Below are positions 10,667 through 20,080 of a stretch of 64,000 nucleotides of DNA, piece by piece. Within the stretch, counting starts at the first letter, position 1; the number at the start of each line of letters is the position of its first letter. The notes beneath the pieces are model-generated. The model saw nothing but the letters and a program-made list of their open reading frames with translations, did not search any database and had not been told where the DNA came from. Both the position numbers and the translations under genes were made by a program. Source of the DNA: an uncultured Clostridium sp. (GTDB taxonomy: Bacteria; Bacillota; Clostridia; TANB77; CAG-508); the NCBI GenBank assembly GCA_902492105.1, contig CABUKD010000004.1, positions 4,301-68,300 on the forward strand, in the 5' to 3' direction.

Positions 10667-10748
10667 TAATTTTGAGTCCTAATTTATATCATTATATCCA
10701 TTATATTATGACTTTTATCATAATATTAAAATTAAAAACATTTTAGAT

Positions 10749-10797
10749 GAAGTGTCCCAAGTTACCCCAGATGGGGCCACTGAGAACCGTCCCCAAC
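10749..10797 (+). repeat. GTCCC-family repeat, type A copy 2
   Basis: GAAGTGTCCCAAGTTACCCC-AGAT-GGGGCCACTGAGAACCGTCCCCAAC, a few nt 3' of the plsY stop codon. Confidence 0.8.
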
Positions 10798-10801
10798 TCA
10801 G

Positions 10802-11452
10802 CTATTTTTTAAAGCTAATCGTACTTTCTGTTCCAGAAAATAATCTTTTTAAGTTTTCCCTATGATTGAAGATAACTAGTAATGCTACAATTACACTATA
10901 AATAAAGTAACTCCAGTTATCCCATCCACTAGTAGAAACAATGTAGTTTTGGTCAATGAATAATACAAGTACTGGGAATAAGATAGCTGCTGCAATAGAA
11001 CCTACAGACACCATTCTAGTTAATGCAATTAAAATTAGAGCAAATACTAAGCAGATTAGTCCTACTTGCCAGTTTGTCATAAGCAAAACTCCTAATGCGG
11101 TAGCTACACCTTTTCCTCCTCTAAAGCGGAAAAATACTGGGAAGGTATGTCCTAGAATAACAAATACACCAGCTAGTTGTATTAATAAAGCATTATCTAA
11201 GCCAGATACCATTTTTCCCACTAAAAATGCAATTAATATTGCGATTACTCCTTTTAAAACATCACAAATTAAAGTAATAATAGCTGCTTTTTTTCCAACA
11301 GTTCTTAATACATTGGTACTTCCTGCATTTCCACTACCTTTTTCTCTTACATCAAAACCTGCCATCTTTTTACTAATAATAACTGAAAAACTAATACTAC
11401 CTAATAAATAGGCAACAATTGCAACAATAATATATGCTGCCATAAAAATCAC
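10802..11452 (-). CDS. plsY: Acyl-phosphate:glycerol-3-phosphate acyltransferase
   Basis: Polytopic membrane protein with KGSGNAGSTNVLRT and GGKGVAT motifs. Confidence 0.9.
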   Translation of the reverse strand: MIFMAAYIIVAIVAYLLGSISFSVIISKKMAGFDVREKGSGNAGSTNVLRTVGKKAAIITLICDVLKGVIAILIAFLVGKMVSGLDNALLIQLAGVFVILGHTFPVFFRFRGGKGVATALGVLLMTNWQVGLICLVFALILIALTRMVSVGSIAAAILFPVLVLFIDQNYIVSTSGWDNWSYFIYSVIVALLVIFNHRENLKRLFSGTESTISFKK

Positions 11453-11520
11453 TCTCCTTTTATACTATTTTTCTTTTTTTGTTTTAATGCATTGATTTTT
11501 CATTTTTGCTAACTTTTATT

Positions 11521-12849
11521 CTAATTTTCTTTTTCATTTTTTTCTCTTACTATCATTCTAACTGGGGTTCCTGTTAATCCAAATTCTTTCCTTATTTGGT
11601 TTAATAAATACCTTTCATAAGAAAAATGGAATAACTCTTTATCATTTACAAATACCACAAATGTAGGTGGTTTTGTACTAGCCTGTGTCATATAAAAGAT
11701 TTTTAGCCTTTTTCCTTTATCTGTTGGCGGTTGAACTATGGTAACTGCCTCACTTAACACTTCATTTAAAACAGCTGTTGAAACTCTTAATGCATTTTGA
11801 CTCGCTACCATGTTAATCATTTCAAATAGTTTATTTACTCTTTGCCCTGTTTTAGCTGAAATAAAAATGATTGGTGCATAACTTAAATAAGATAATTTGT
11901 CATAGACTTCTTTTTTGTAATTTTCAATTGTATTATTATCTTTTTCTATTTCATCCCACTTATTGACTGCAATAATAATACCTTTTCCTGCCTCATGGGC
12001 CTCTCCTGCTATTTTAGCGTCTTGCGCAGATACTCCCTCTTTGGCATCTAGTAACAAAATGCACACATCTGCTCTTTCAACAGCTAAAAGACTTCTCATA
12101 ACACTATATTTTTCTAGATTATCATTTACTTTACTTTTTCTACGAATTCCTGCTGTGTCAATTAACACATATTTTCCAAATTCATTTTCAAATTCAGAGT
12201 CGATAGCATCTCTTGTAGTTCCTGCAATATCACTTACAATCATTCTATCTTCTCCTAAAATTTTATTTACCAAAGAAGATTTTCCTACATTTGGTTTTCC
12301 TATAATTGCTACTTTAATTATATTTTTGTCCTCTTCCTCTTCTACTTGTTCTGGAAGCTTGTCGTAAATTGCATCTAGAACATCACCAATTCCTTTTGCA
12401 TTAACAGCAGAAACAGCATATGGCTCTCCTAAACCTAAATTATAAAATTCATATAATTCATCTGGTACTTTTCCAAAAGTATCTGACTTGTTACAAACTA
12501 GAACAATTGGTTTTTTAGATTTTTTTAACATTAATGCAATATCTTTATCTGCTGCAGTAACACCTTGCTTAATATCTGTTAAAAAGATAATAACATCTGC
12601 AATTTCCACTGCCATATCTGCTTGTCTACGCATTTGAGATAAAATAATATCGTCTGACTCTGGTTCAATTCCTCCTGTATCTATTAAAGTAAAGTCTCTT
12701 CCTCTCCAATTTGCTTCTGCATAAACTCTGTCTCTTGTAACACCTGGTGTATCTTCTACTATGGAAATTCTTTTTCCAACAATATAATTAAAAAAAGTAG
12801 ATTTGCCTACATTTGGTCTTCCTATAATTGCTACAATTGGCTTTGCCAT
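11521..12849 (-). CDS. der: Ribosome-associated GTPase Der/EngA (tandem GTPase domains plus KH-like domain)
   Basis: Two G domains (GRPNVGKST...DTGG; GKPNVGKSS...DTAG...NKWD), 442 aa. Confidence 0.95.
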   Translation of the reverse strand: MAKPIVAIIGRPNVGKSTFFNYIVGKRISIVEDTPGVTRDRVYAEANWRGRDFTLIDTGGIEPESDDIILSQMRRQADMAVEIADVIIFLTDIKQGVTAADKDIALMLKKSKKPIVLVCNKSDTFGKVPDELYEFYNLGLGEPYAVSAVNAKGIGDVLDAIYDKLPEQVEEEEDKNIIKVAIIGKPNVGKSSLVNKILGEDRMIVSDIAGTTRDAIDSEFENEFGKYVLIDTAGIRRKSKVNDNLEKYSVMRSLLAVERADVCILLLDAKEGVSAQDAKIAGEAHEAGKGIIIAVNKWDEIEKDNNTIENYKKEVYDKLSYLSYAPIIFISAKTGQRVNKLFEMINMVASQNALRVSTAVLNEVLSEAVTIVQPPTDKGKRLKIFYMTQASTKPPTFVVFVNDKELFHFSYERYLLNQIRKEFGLTGTPVRMIVREKNEKEN

Positions 12850-13028
12850 TTTTTCACCTTCTCTTTGTTTTTATGTTAAATTTATAATTCTTTTTTTACT
12901 ATTGAAATATATTTCTTATTAAACTATATTTCTTACTAAAAAATAATTTATATTTTCTGATTCTTATTATATTTTCCGATTTCATTTTACACTATTCGAA
13001 AAAAAATAGCAAGACTAAACTTGCTATT

Positions 13029-13526
13029 TTAATAAGTTAGTTTTCCCTCTAACATATCATCATTTTTTATCCAATCTTCTACCAAAATTTCTGTATATTC
13101 TTGGTCACTTTTTCCTCTTACAATTACTTTTTCAATTCCACAGTTAATAATCATTTTCCTACACATTTGGCAAGAATTAGCTCCTGGGTCATATTCTCCT
13201 GTTTCTGGTCTAAAAAGTACTAAATACAAAGTGGCACCTATCATTTCTCTTCTGCTTGCACTAATAATTGCATTCTGTTCTGCATGAACTGACCTACATG
13301 CATCATAACCGCCATGCCTAATATCTGGAAAATGTTTTTTCTTTGTACAATATCCTAAATCAATACAATTTATTCTTCCTCTAGGTGCTCCATTATATCC
13401 TGTCGCAATAATTTCATCATGATTTACAATTACGCATCCCGCTTTTTTTCGTAAACAAGTGCTTCTTTCCGCCACTGTTTTTGCAATATTTAAATAGTAA
13501 TTTGTTTTATCTATTCTTTGTTCCAT
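13029..13526 (-). CDS. comEB: Deoxycytidylate (dCMP) deaminase, ComEB-like
   Basis: VHAEQNAI ... CQMCRKMIINCGI zinc-binding CDA motifs. Confidence 0.85.
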   Translation of the reverse strand: MEQRIDKTNYYLNIAKTVAERSTCLRKKAGCVIVNHDEIIATGYNGAPRGRINCIDLGYCTKKKHFPDIRHGGYDACRSVHAEQNAIISASRREMIGATLYLVLFRPETGEYDPGANSCQMCRKMIINCGIEKVIVRGKSDQEYTEILVEDWIKNDDMLEGKLTY

Positions 13527-13543
13527 TTTTCTTTCCTTTCTGT

Positions 13544-13592
13544 GGGGACGGTTCTTAGTGGCCCCAAAAGGGGTCGCTTGGGACAGTTCACC
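13544..13592 (-). repeat. GTCCC-family repeat, type A copy 3 (inverted)
   Basis: GGGGACGGTTCTTAGTGGCCCC-AAAA-GGGGTCGCTTGGGACAGTTCACC, about 17 nt upstream of the deaminase ATG and next to its purine-rich Shine-Dalgarno. Confidence 0.8.
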
Positions 13593-13841
13593 TTAAAAGA
13601 CTGACTTTTTAATGATTTCATTTTATCATATTCTAAACAGTAAGTCTATAATTTCGTTTAAAAGAATTTTGTTTTCAGCCTATTTAATTTTTATTTGATA
13701 TTCTATATTAAAAAAACAATCTAGAACTTTTTATTCAATATATTTACTTGTTTACAGTCTTAAAAATAGTTTTCCCTTTCTTAACAAAAAAAGAAGCAAT
13801 CAAATGCTTCCTTCTTTATAACTTATTAATCATTTTTTATT

Positions 13842-14024
13842 TTAGTTTTCAGATTTTGCAACTACTTCTTTTCCATCATAATATCCACAATTTGGACATA
13901 CTCTGTGTTGCATTACTTTTTCATGACAATGTGGACAATCTACTAAATTTTGAGCTTCGATTTTCCATGTTGATCTTTTTAAGTGTGTTCTTGCTTTTGA
14001 CCATCTTCTTTTTGGTTGTGCCAT
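13842..14024 (-). CDS. rpmF: 50S ribosomal protein L32
   Basis: MAQPKRRWSKARTHLKRSTW...CPHCHEKVMQHRVCPNCGYY. Confidence 0.9.
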   Translation of the reverse strand: MAQPKRRWSKARTHLKRSTWKIEAQNLVDCPHCHEKVMQHRVCPNCGYYDGKEVVAKSEN

Positions 14025-14119
14025 TATAATTCCCTCCCTTAACTTCTGCTATTTTGCTGTAATCTATCTATATTTTTATTACCTAAAACGGATACTATAA
14101 AATTATACTCGTTTTTCTT

Positions 14120-15061
14120 CTATTTGTCAACTACTTTTTTTGCTACAATTGCAAATCTTCCATCTTCTACGTGATAATCACAGGTAGATAAAGTTATTAA
14201 TTGGTCACCATATTGGGCTGTTTCTGCAATATTATATAAAGATAATTTTTTTACATTTTCAATATAGTTATTAAATTCTTCTTCATTTTCAGCATCTTTG
14301 AAGAAATAATATTTAAATACATCCTGACTTTTTAAATATACTTGTGATTGAAATACAGCAATAATTTGATATTTGGAAACTTCCTCTAATGTGGCAAATT
14401 CAAAGGTAGGATGTTCTTTATAAAAATCTTCTTTTTTATATTTTGTTAATGTTTCAAACATTTGCCCACCATTACTTCTATGACCATAAATTAGGAAATT
14501 TGCTGTAGGCTTTTCTATACTGCAATCTTTATCTAAAAAGATACTTCCTAATTCATTGGATTGTTTTTTGAAATTATGATTTACATAGTAATCGTTATTG
14601 TCTGTTTGCAATACTGGATAGTCCACTTCTGTTCCCTCTATTGTTAACCATCCTACTAAATCTGAATTTTGCTGTTTTAATTCTTGTAAATTAGCCAATA
14701 GTATTTGTTTTCTTTGTTCCTCTTCTGAGGCATTTTGATTAACTTCTGTATTAGGTGTTGCTACAAAATTTGCTAAATCCTCCATCATTTTTTTATTTTG
14801 CCACTGTGTATAGACATAGTAAATTAAATAAGCAATACTTGCAATTAAGATAACAGATAAAATAATAATAGCTATTAATTTTCCATTTATTTTTTTCTTT
14901 CTGCCTTCATGAGTTTTTTCTTTATCTTTAAAGTGTTTTTCTTTATTGCTTTTATTTTCTCTATCTATTTGTTTTTGAATGTTTTTGTTGTCTTTTTCTT
15001 TACTATGTTTACTTATATTCTTTTTCATTGCCAAATCCTTTCTGAAATCTCTTTTCTGCAT
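14120..15061 (-). CDS. srtB: Class B sortase
   Basis: Lys-rich N-terminus, TM segment, then ...FLIYGHR...LITLSTCDYH...RFAIVAKK catalytic His/Cys/Arg context. Start codon uncertain. Confidence 0.8.
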   Translation of the reverse strand: MQKRDFRKDLAMKKNISKHSKEKDNKNIQKQIDRENKSNKEKHFKDKEKTHEGRKKKINGKLIAIIILSVILIASIAYLIYYVYTQWQNKKMMEDLANFVATPNTEVNQNASEEEQRKQILLANLQELKQQNSDLVGWLTIEGTEVDYPVLQTDNNDYYVNHNFKKQSNELGSIFLDKDCSIEKPTANFLIYGHRSNGGQMFETLTKYKKEDFYKEHPTFEFATLEEVSKYQIIAVFQSQVYLKSQDVFKYYFFKDAENEEEFNNYIENVKKLSLYNIAETAQYGDQLITLSTCDYHVEDGRFAIVAKKVVDK

Positions 15062-15318
15062 GGTTTTTACTTTAATCTTGTTAGGCTACTTTATGATATG
15101 AACTTCTTTTCAATGTATTATGAATTATATCATATTCTTATAAAAATTCAAATAAAGACTTTTAAAAATTACAAATATTTACAAACTATGTATTTAATTT
15201 TTAAATTGAACTATTTACAAACTATAGTTAATTTTATGCTCTCTAGCTTTATAAAAAACATAGTATGGTTTTAATTACATACTATGTTTTCTTGATTTTT
15301 ATAGTTTTATTTAGTAGT

Positions 15319-16779
15319 CTATTTTACTCTTTTCATTACTACAATTGCACCTAAAGAAATAACAACCAAAGCACTTGCCAATACAACATAAGTATTTACA
15401 CCTGTTTTTGGTGTCTCATCTTTTTCCTCTTCTGGTGTAGTAGTTTCTCCAGAAGTTGTTGTGTCTCCAGTACCTCCCAATTTTGTTTCTGTTACTGCAT
15501 AAGTTGAGCAATGTTCTAAAGATAATTTTAAGTTTCCATTGTTATATGTTGCTGTTCCCATATCTTCATATTTTGCTGTTAGTTCATTATAATAATATAA
15601 GTTTAGGTCTTTTTGACCGTCTCCATATTTGTCTGCTCCTACAAATATAGTGATATCTGCTTTTCCTGGTAATTTTCCATCATAAGCAAATTCTATAAAT
15701 AATCCATTTGTAATATCATTTGGCTTAATATGTGAAAATTTTTCTGCAGATACTTGTACAGATGGTGTAAAAGCAGTGTCTGTTTTTGTAATATCTTCAC
15801 TTGCAAATTCCCATGTAACATTTGCTACATTAATTTGTAAAGTAGCTTTTTTAGCATCTTTTAATGCTGAAAATACTTCTTTTTCTACTAAAGTTGGTGT
15901 GCTCATTGTTACAATAGTAGTTTTGTAGTCTTCTATTGCTGATACTATTTCTTCTGTAGTAGGGTCTGTTAGCTCGTTTACAGTTAATTCTCTGTATTTT
16001 GCTTCACTAATAGCACACATTTCAACTACGTCTATTTTGTCTAAATTCAAAAGATTTCTTACATTAAATGCTACTTGATGTTTACTATTAAGGGTAATAT
16101 CTCTTTTTGAGTCTCCCAAAACAATATCTATTTTTTCTCCCTCACCTTCTAGTCCGTCGCCAATTTGTCCACTATAGTCAAATCCAATATTTTCTGGAAT
16201 AGCTACTTTTTCGCCCGTTTCTTTATCATAAGCAACTAAAGTAACAGTATCTCCTACTAAAGTATACCAATCTCCATCAATATTTACTACATTTTCGCCT
16301 TCTAATACATAATCATATTGTCTTGCTTTAAGTGTAAGAACTTTTTGCTCATATACTTCATCATTTACTGTTAAATTAACACTTCCTACTTCTTCTTGTG
16401 TTGTAAGATCTGCTACTTTATAATTAATCCAGTCATCTGTACTTTTTACAGTAAGTTTGGTAGAAGTTTCATCTAAAGTAAATTCTGCTGTATCTGGAGC
16501 TTCTGGATTGCCTGATGCAATCGTGTTAGAATTACCATTAAATCCTACATTTTCTGGTAAAACTACTTTTTCTCCGGTTTCATAATCATAAGCAAATAAA
16601 GTAACAGTGTCTCCTTCTTTTGCAAAATAACGTCCATCTACTTCAATGACATTTTCGCCTTCCACACCATAACTTAAGCTTTTGGCATCTGTTGCTGCTA
16701 AAGTTGTTGTTAATGGTAATACCATTGCAATTAACATTACAGCCACCATTAACACTGAAATTGTTTTCAATTTCTTCAT
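15319..16779 (-). CDS. Sortase-anchored cell-wall surface protein with internal duplication
   Basis: Signal peptide. Duplicated about 110-aa module (YGVEGENVIEVDGRYF...TGEKVVLPENVGF / YVLEGENVVNIDGDWY...TGEKVAIPENIGF). C-terminal TPKTG, hydrophobic stretch and KRVK sorting signal. Confidence 0.8.
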   Translation of the reverse strand: MKKLKTISVLMVAVMLIAMVLPLTTTLAATDAKSLSYGVEGENVIEVDGRYFAKEGDTVTLFAYDYETGEKVVLPENVGFNGNSNTIASGNPEAPDTAEFTLDETSTKLTVKSTDDWINYKVADLTTQEEVGSVNLTVNDEVYEQKVLTLKARQYDYVLEGENVVNIDGDWYTLVGDTVTLVAYDKETGEKVAIPENIGFDYSGQIGDGLEGEGEKIDIVLGDSKRDITLNSKHQVAFNVRNLLNLDKIDVVEMCAISEAKYRELTVNELTDPTTEEIVSAIEDYKTTIVTMSTPTLVEKEVFSALKDAKKATLQINVANVTWEFASEDITKTDTAFTPSVQVSAEKFSHIKPNDITNGLFIEFAYDGKLPGKADITIFVGADKYGDGQKDLNLYYYNELTAKYEDMGTATYNNGNLKLSLEHCSTYAVTETKLGGTGDTTTSGETTTPEEEKDETPKTGVNTYVVLASALVVISLGAIVVMKRVK

Positions 16780-16844
16780 AATTTTCTCTCCTTTTATTTT
16801 AAATTTATATAAAAGTTAATAAATATTAACTTTATATACTATTT

Positions 16845-17166
16845 ATAACTAATATTATATCTTTTCGCACTTTTCATAATCGAGGACCATTAATAGTTTC
16901 GGTTAGTTTTTTTGTTCAAGCTCTATATATTGCAAAAGTGTAGACCGCATAAGCGACCAAACGGAGTGGCTTTGCCACGTAGTGCGAATTGGAGCAATTT
17001 TCATACTAGTATGTGCAGAAAATCATAGATTTTCTTGCACATTATGGAAATTGCGACACCAAGGTCAAACGTTGCAATATATAGAGTTTGAACTATATTC
17101 TTTATTAAGCTCTCACTTCTATGGGACGAACTTATGAAAAGGAAAAAAGATATAATATTAGTTTAT
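16845..17166. repeat. Foldback element 3 / candidate invertible promoter: outer about 35-bp IR (16845-16879 / 17132-17166), inner 22-bp IR (16914-16935 / 17072-17093, 21/22 match), 136-bp core
   Basis: Inverted repeats read directly from the sequence. Same nested architecture as elements 6026-6236 and 20081-20290. A partial third copy of the left arm lies at about 17179-17200. Confidence 0.75.
17041..17068 (-). promoter_or_regulatory. Sigma-A-like promoter inside the IR-flanked core, pointing toward the surface-protein gene
   Basis: The minus strand reads TTGACC (17068-17063), a 16-nt spacer, then CATAAT (17046-17041). Confidence 0.45.
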
Positions 17167-17218
17167 TTGTTTAAGAATTAATCTTTTGCACTTTTCATGA
17201 TTCAGAATTATGAATAAC

Positions 17219-19846
17219 TTATCTAGGGTTCTTAATTGCTGCTTGTGCTGCTGCTAAACGAGCAATTGGAACTCTAAATGGTGAGCAAGATACATAAGTA
17301 AGTCCAATATTGTGGCAGAATTCAACTGTAGGTGGATTTCCTCCATGTTCTCCACAAATTCCTAGGTGAATATCTGGTCTTGTTTGTTTTCCTAAATCAA
17401 CTGCCATTTTTACTAATTTTCCAACACCAACTTGGTCAAGTTTAGCAAATGGATCTGATTCATAAATTTTCTTATCATAGTAAGCTCCTAAGAATTTTCC
17501 AGCATCATCACGGCTAAATCCAAATGTCATTTGTGTTAAGTCATTTGTACCAAATGAGAAGAATTCAGCTTCTTTTGCAATTTCATCTGCAGTTAATGCT
17601 GCTCTTGGAATTTCAATCATAGTTCCTACTTCATATTTTAATTTTACTCCTGCTTTTGCAATTTCTTCTTCTGCTGTTTTTACAATAATGTCTTTTACAT
17701 ATTTTAATTCTTTTACTTCTCCTACTAATGGAACCATAATTTCTGGAACAATATTCATTCCAGTTTCTTTGTTTACATTAATAGCAGCTTGAATAATTGC
17801 TCTAGTTTGCATTACACCAATTTCTGGGTAAGTAACATCCAAACGGCATCCTCTGTGTCCCATCATTGGGTTGAATTCATGTAGACTATTTACTACTTCT
17901 TTTAATGCTTCAAAAGTCATTCCCATTTCTTTTGCTAAAGCAGAAATTTCTTCGTCTGTATGTGGTAAGAATTCATGTAAAGGTGGGTCTAGTAAACGAA
18001 TTGTTACTGGGTAGCCTTTCATTGCTTTGAATATTCCTTCAAAGTCTCCTCTTTGCATTGGAAGAATTTTGTTTAAAGCTTTTTCTCTTTGTTCTACTGT
18101 TTTAGAAACTATCATTTCACGAATAGCTGCAATTCTTTCTGGTGCAAAGAACATATGCTCTGTACGGCATAGTCCAATACCTTGTGCTCCAAAGTTGTAT
18201 GCTACAGTTGCATCTTTTGGAGTATCTGCATTAGTTCTAACTTCCATTTGACGATATTGATCTGCCCATCCCATTAATTTAGCAAAATCTCCTGAAACAG
18301 TTGCATCAACAGTGTCAATTTTTTCTCCATATACATTTCCTGTAGAACCGTCTAATGAAATGTAATCTCCTTCATGATATACATTTCCTTGTGGATCTTT
18401 GAATTCTCCTTTTTCTTCGTCTACTACTAATTCTCCACATCCAGCTACACAGCATGTACCCATACCACGAGCAACTACTGCTGCATGTGATGTCATACCA
18501 CCACGAACTGTTAAAATACCATGGCATACATTCATACCATCAATATCTTCTGGAGAAGTTTCAAGTCTTACTAAAATTAAATCTTTTTCTCCTGCTTCAT
18601 GTAGTTCTACTGCTCTATCTGCTGTAAATACTACTTTACCTGTTGCAGCTCCTGGAGATGCAGCTAAACCTTTAGCTACTGGTTTTGCAGCTTTTAATTT
18701 TGCTTGGTCAAAGTTTGGATGTAATAATTGGTCTAATTGATTTGGTTCTACTCTTAAAACAGCCTCTTTTTCTGTAATCATGCCTTCATTTACTAAATCT
18801 ACGGCAATTTTTAATGCAGCATTTGCTGTTCTTTTACCATTTCTAGTTTGTAAGAAGAATAGTTTTCCTCTTTCAATGGTAAATTCCATATCTTGCATAT
18901 CTCTATAATGTTTTTCTAGTTCATTTGCATATTTTACGAAATCCTCATATGCTTGTTTGTTGGTTTGTTCTAGAGTTGCAATAGGTTGTGGAGTTCTAAT
19001 TCCTGCAACAACGTCTTCGCCTTGTGCATTCATTAAATATTCTCCAAATAGTTTGTTTTCACCTGTTGCTGGGTTACGAGTAAATGCAACACCAGTTCCA
19101 CAGTCATCTCCCATGTTTCCGAAAACCATTTCTTGAACATTAACTGCTGTACCCCAGTCTCCTGGAATATCGTTTAATCTTCTATAAGTAATAGCTCTTG
19201 GATTGTTCCATGAACGGAAAACTGCTTTAACAGCTTCTTTTAATTGTTCTACTGGATCGCTTGGGAATTCACTTCCATGTTCTTTTAAGTAAATTGCCTT
19301 AAATGTTCCTACTAATTCTTTCAAATCTTCTGCTGTTAATTCTGTATCTAATTTTACGCCTCTTTTTTCTTTCATTTCGTCAATTGCTTTTTCGAATAGT
19401 GGTTTTGGAATTTCCATTACAACATCACTAAACATTTGAATAAATCTTCTGTAGCTATCATAAGCAAATCTTTCATTTTTTGCAGCTATTGATTTTAATA
19501 CTTCATCATTTAAACCTAAGTTTAAAATTGTATCCATCATACCTGGCATAGATGCTCTTGCTCCTGAACGTACAGATACTAATAATGGATTTTCTTTATC
19601 TCCAAATTTCTTTCCAGAAATTTCTTCTAATTTAGATAGTGCTTCGAAAATTTGATCTTCCACTTCTTTTGAAATGGTTTCACCATCCTCATAGTATTTT
19701 GTACATGCCTCAGTTGTTACTGTAAATCCTTGTGGAATTGGTAAACCTAAATTTGTCATTTCTGCAAGGTTAGCACCTTTTCCTCCTAGCAATTCTCGCA
19801 TGCTAGCATTTCCTTCTTTGAATAAGTAAACATACTTGTGACTCAT
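17219..19846 (-). CDS. ppdK: Pyruvate, phosphate dikinase
   Basis: 875 aa; ...GGKGANLAEM...GGMTSHAAVVARGMG...LGICGEHGG... Confidence 0.95.
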   Translation of the reverse strand: MSHKYVYLFKEGNASMRELLGGKGANLAEMTNLGLPIPQGFTVTTEACTKYYEDGETISKEVEDQIFEALSKLEEISGKKFGDKENPLLVSVRSGARASMPGMMDTILNLGLNDEVLKSIAAKNERFAYDSYRRFIQMFSDVVMEIPKPLFEKAIDEMKEKRGVKLDTELTAEDLKELVGTFKAIYLKEHGSEFPSDPVEQLKEAVKAVFRSWNNPRAITYRRLNDIPGDWGTAVNVQEMVFGNMGDDCGTGVAFTRNPATGENKLFGEYLMNAQGEDVVAGIRTPQPIATLEQTNKQAYEDFVKYANELEKHYRDMQDMEFTIERGKLFFLQTRNGKRTANAALKIAVDLVNEGMITEKEAVLRVEPNQLDQLLHPNFDQAKLKAAKPVAKGLAASPGAATGKVVFTADRAVELHEAGEKDLILVRLETSPEDIDGMNVCHGILTVRGGMTSHAAVVARGMGTCCVAGCGELVVDEEKGEFKDPQGNVYHEGDYISLDGSTGNVYGEKIDTVDATVSGDFAKLMGWADQYRQMEVRTNADTPKDATVAYNFGAQGIGLCRTEHMFFAPERIAAIREMIVSKTVEQREKALNKILPMQRGDFEGIFKAMKGYPVTIRLLDPPLHEFLPHTDEEISALAKEMGMTFEALKEVVNSLHEFNPMMGHRGCRLDVTYPEIGVMQTRAIIQAAINVNKETGMNIVPEIMVPLVGEVKELKYVKDIIVKTAEEEIAKAGVKLKYEVGTMIEIPRAALTADEIAKEAEFFSFGTNDLTQMTFGFSRDDAGKFLGAYYDKKIYESDPFAKLDQVGVGKLVKMAVDLGKQTRPDIHLGICGEHGGNPPTVEFCHNIGLTYVSCSPFRVPIARLAAAQAAIKNPR

Positions 19847-19935
19847 AAAGAACCTCCTTCTAATTTGGCATATTGCCTTTTACGTAAACAATATGTGTGT
19901 AATTTTGCTATTAAAATATACCTAATAGCTTTTTT

Positions 19936-19964
19936 ATTATATCCATATTTTGCTAAAATGTAAA
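19936..19964 (-). promoter_or_regulatory. Likely ppdK promoter
   Basis: The minus strand reads TTTACA (19964-19959), a 17-nt spacer, then TATAAT (19941-19936), about 90 nt upstream of the ppdK ATG. Confidence 0.5.
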
Positions 19965-20012
19965 GCAATTTTTCGTTAATTTCAACAATATTTTTTATTT
20001 TTGCGGAAAGTA

Positions 20013-20041
20013 TTGAAAGTGTTTTTAGAATCTGATATAAT
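20013..20041 (+). promoter_or_regulatory. Near-consensus orphan promoter aimed at foldback element copy 2
   Basis: TTGAAA (20013-20018), 17-nt spacer, TATAAT (20036-20041) on the plus strand. No plus-strand ORF follows; the next feature is the foldback at 20081. Confidence 0.5.
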
Positions 20042-20080
20042 GTAAAAAATTTGGTTTGTAAATATTTTATAAATAATAAA

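Noticed and set aside
10956-11411. 151-aa plus-strand ORF
   Set aside because: It is antisense to plsY, which is unambiguous.
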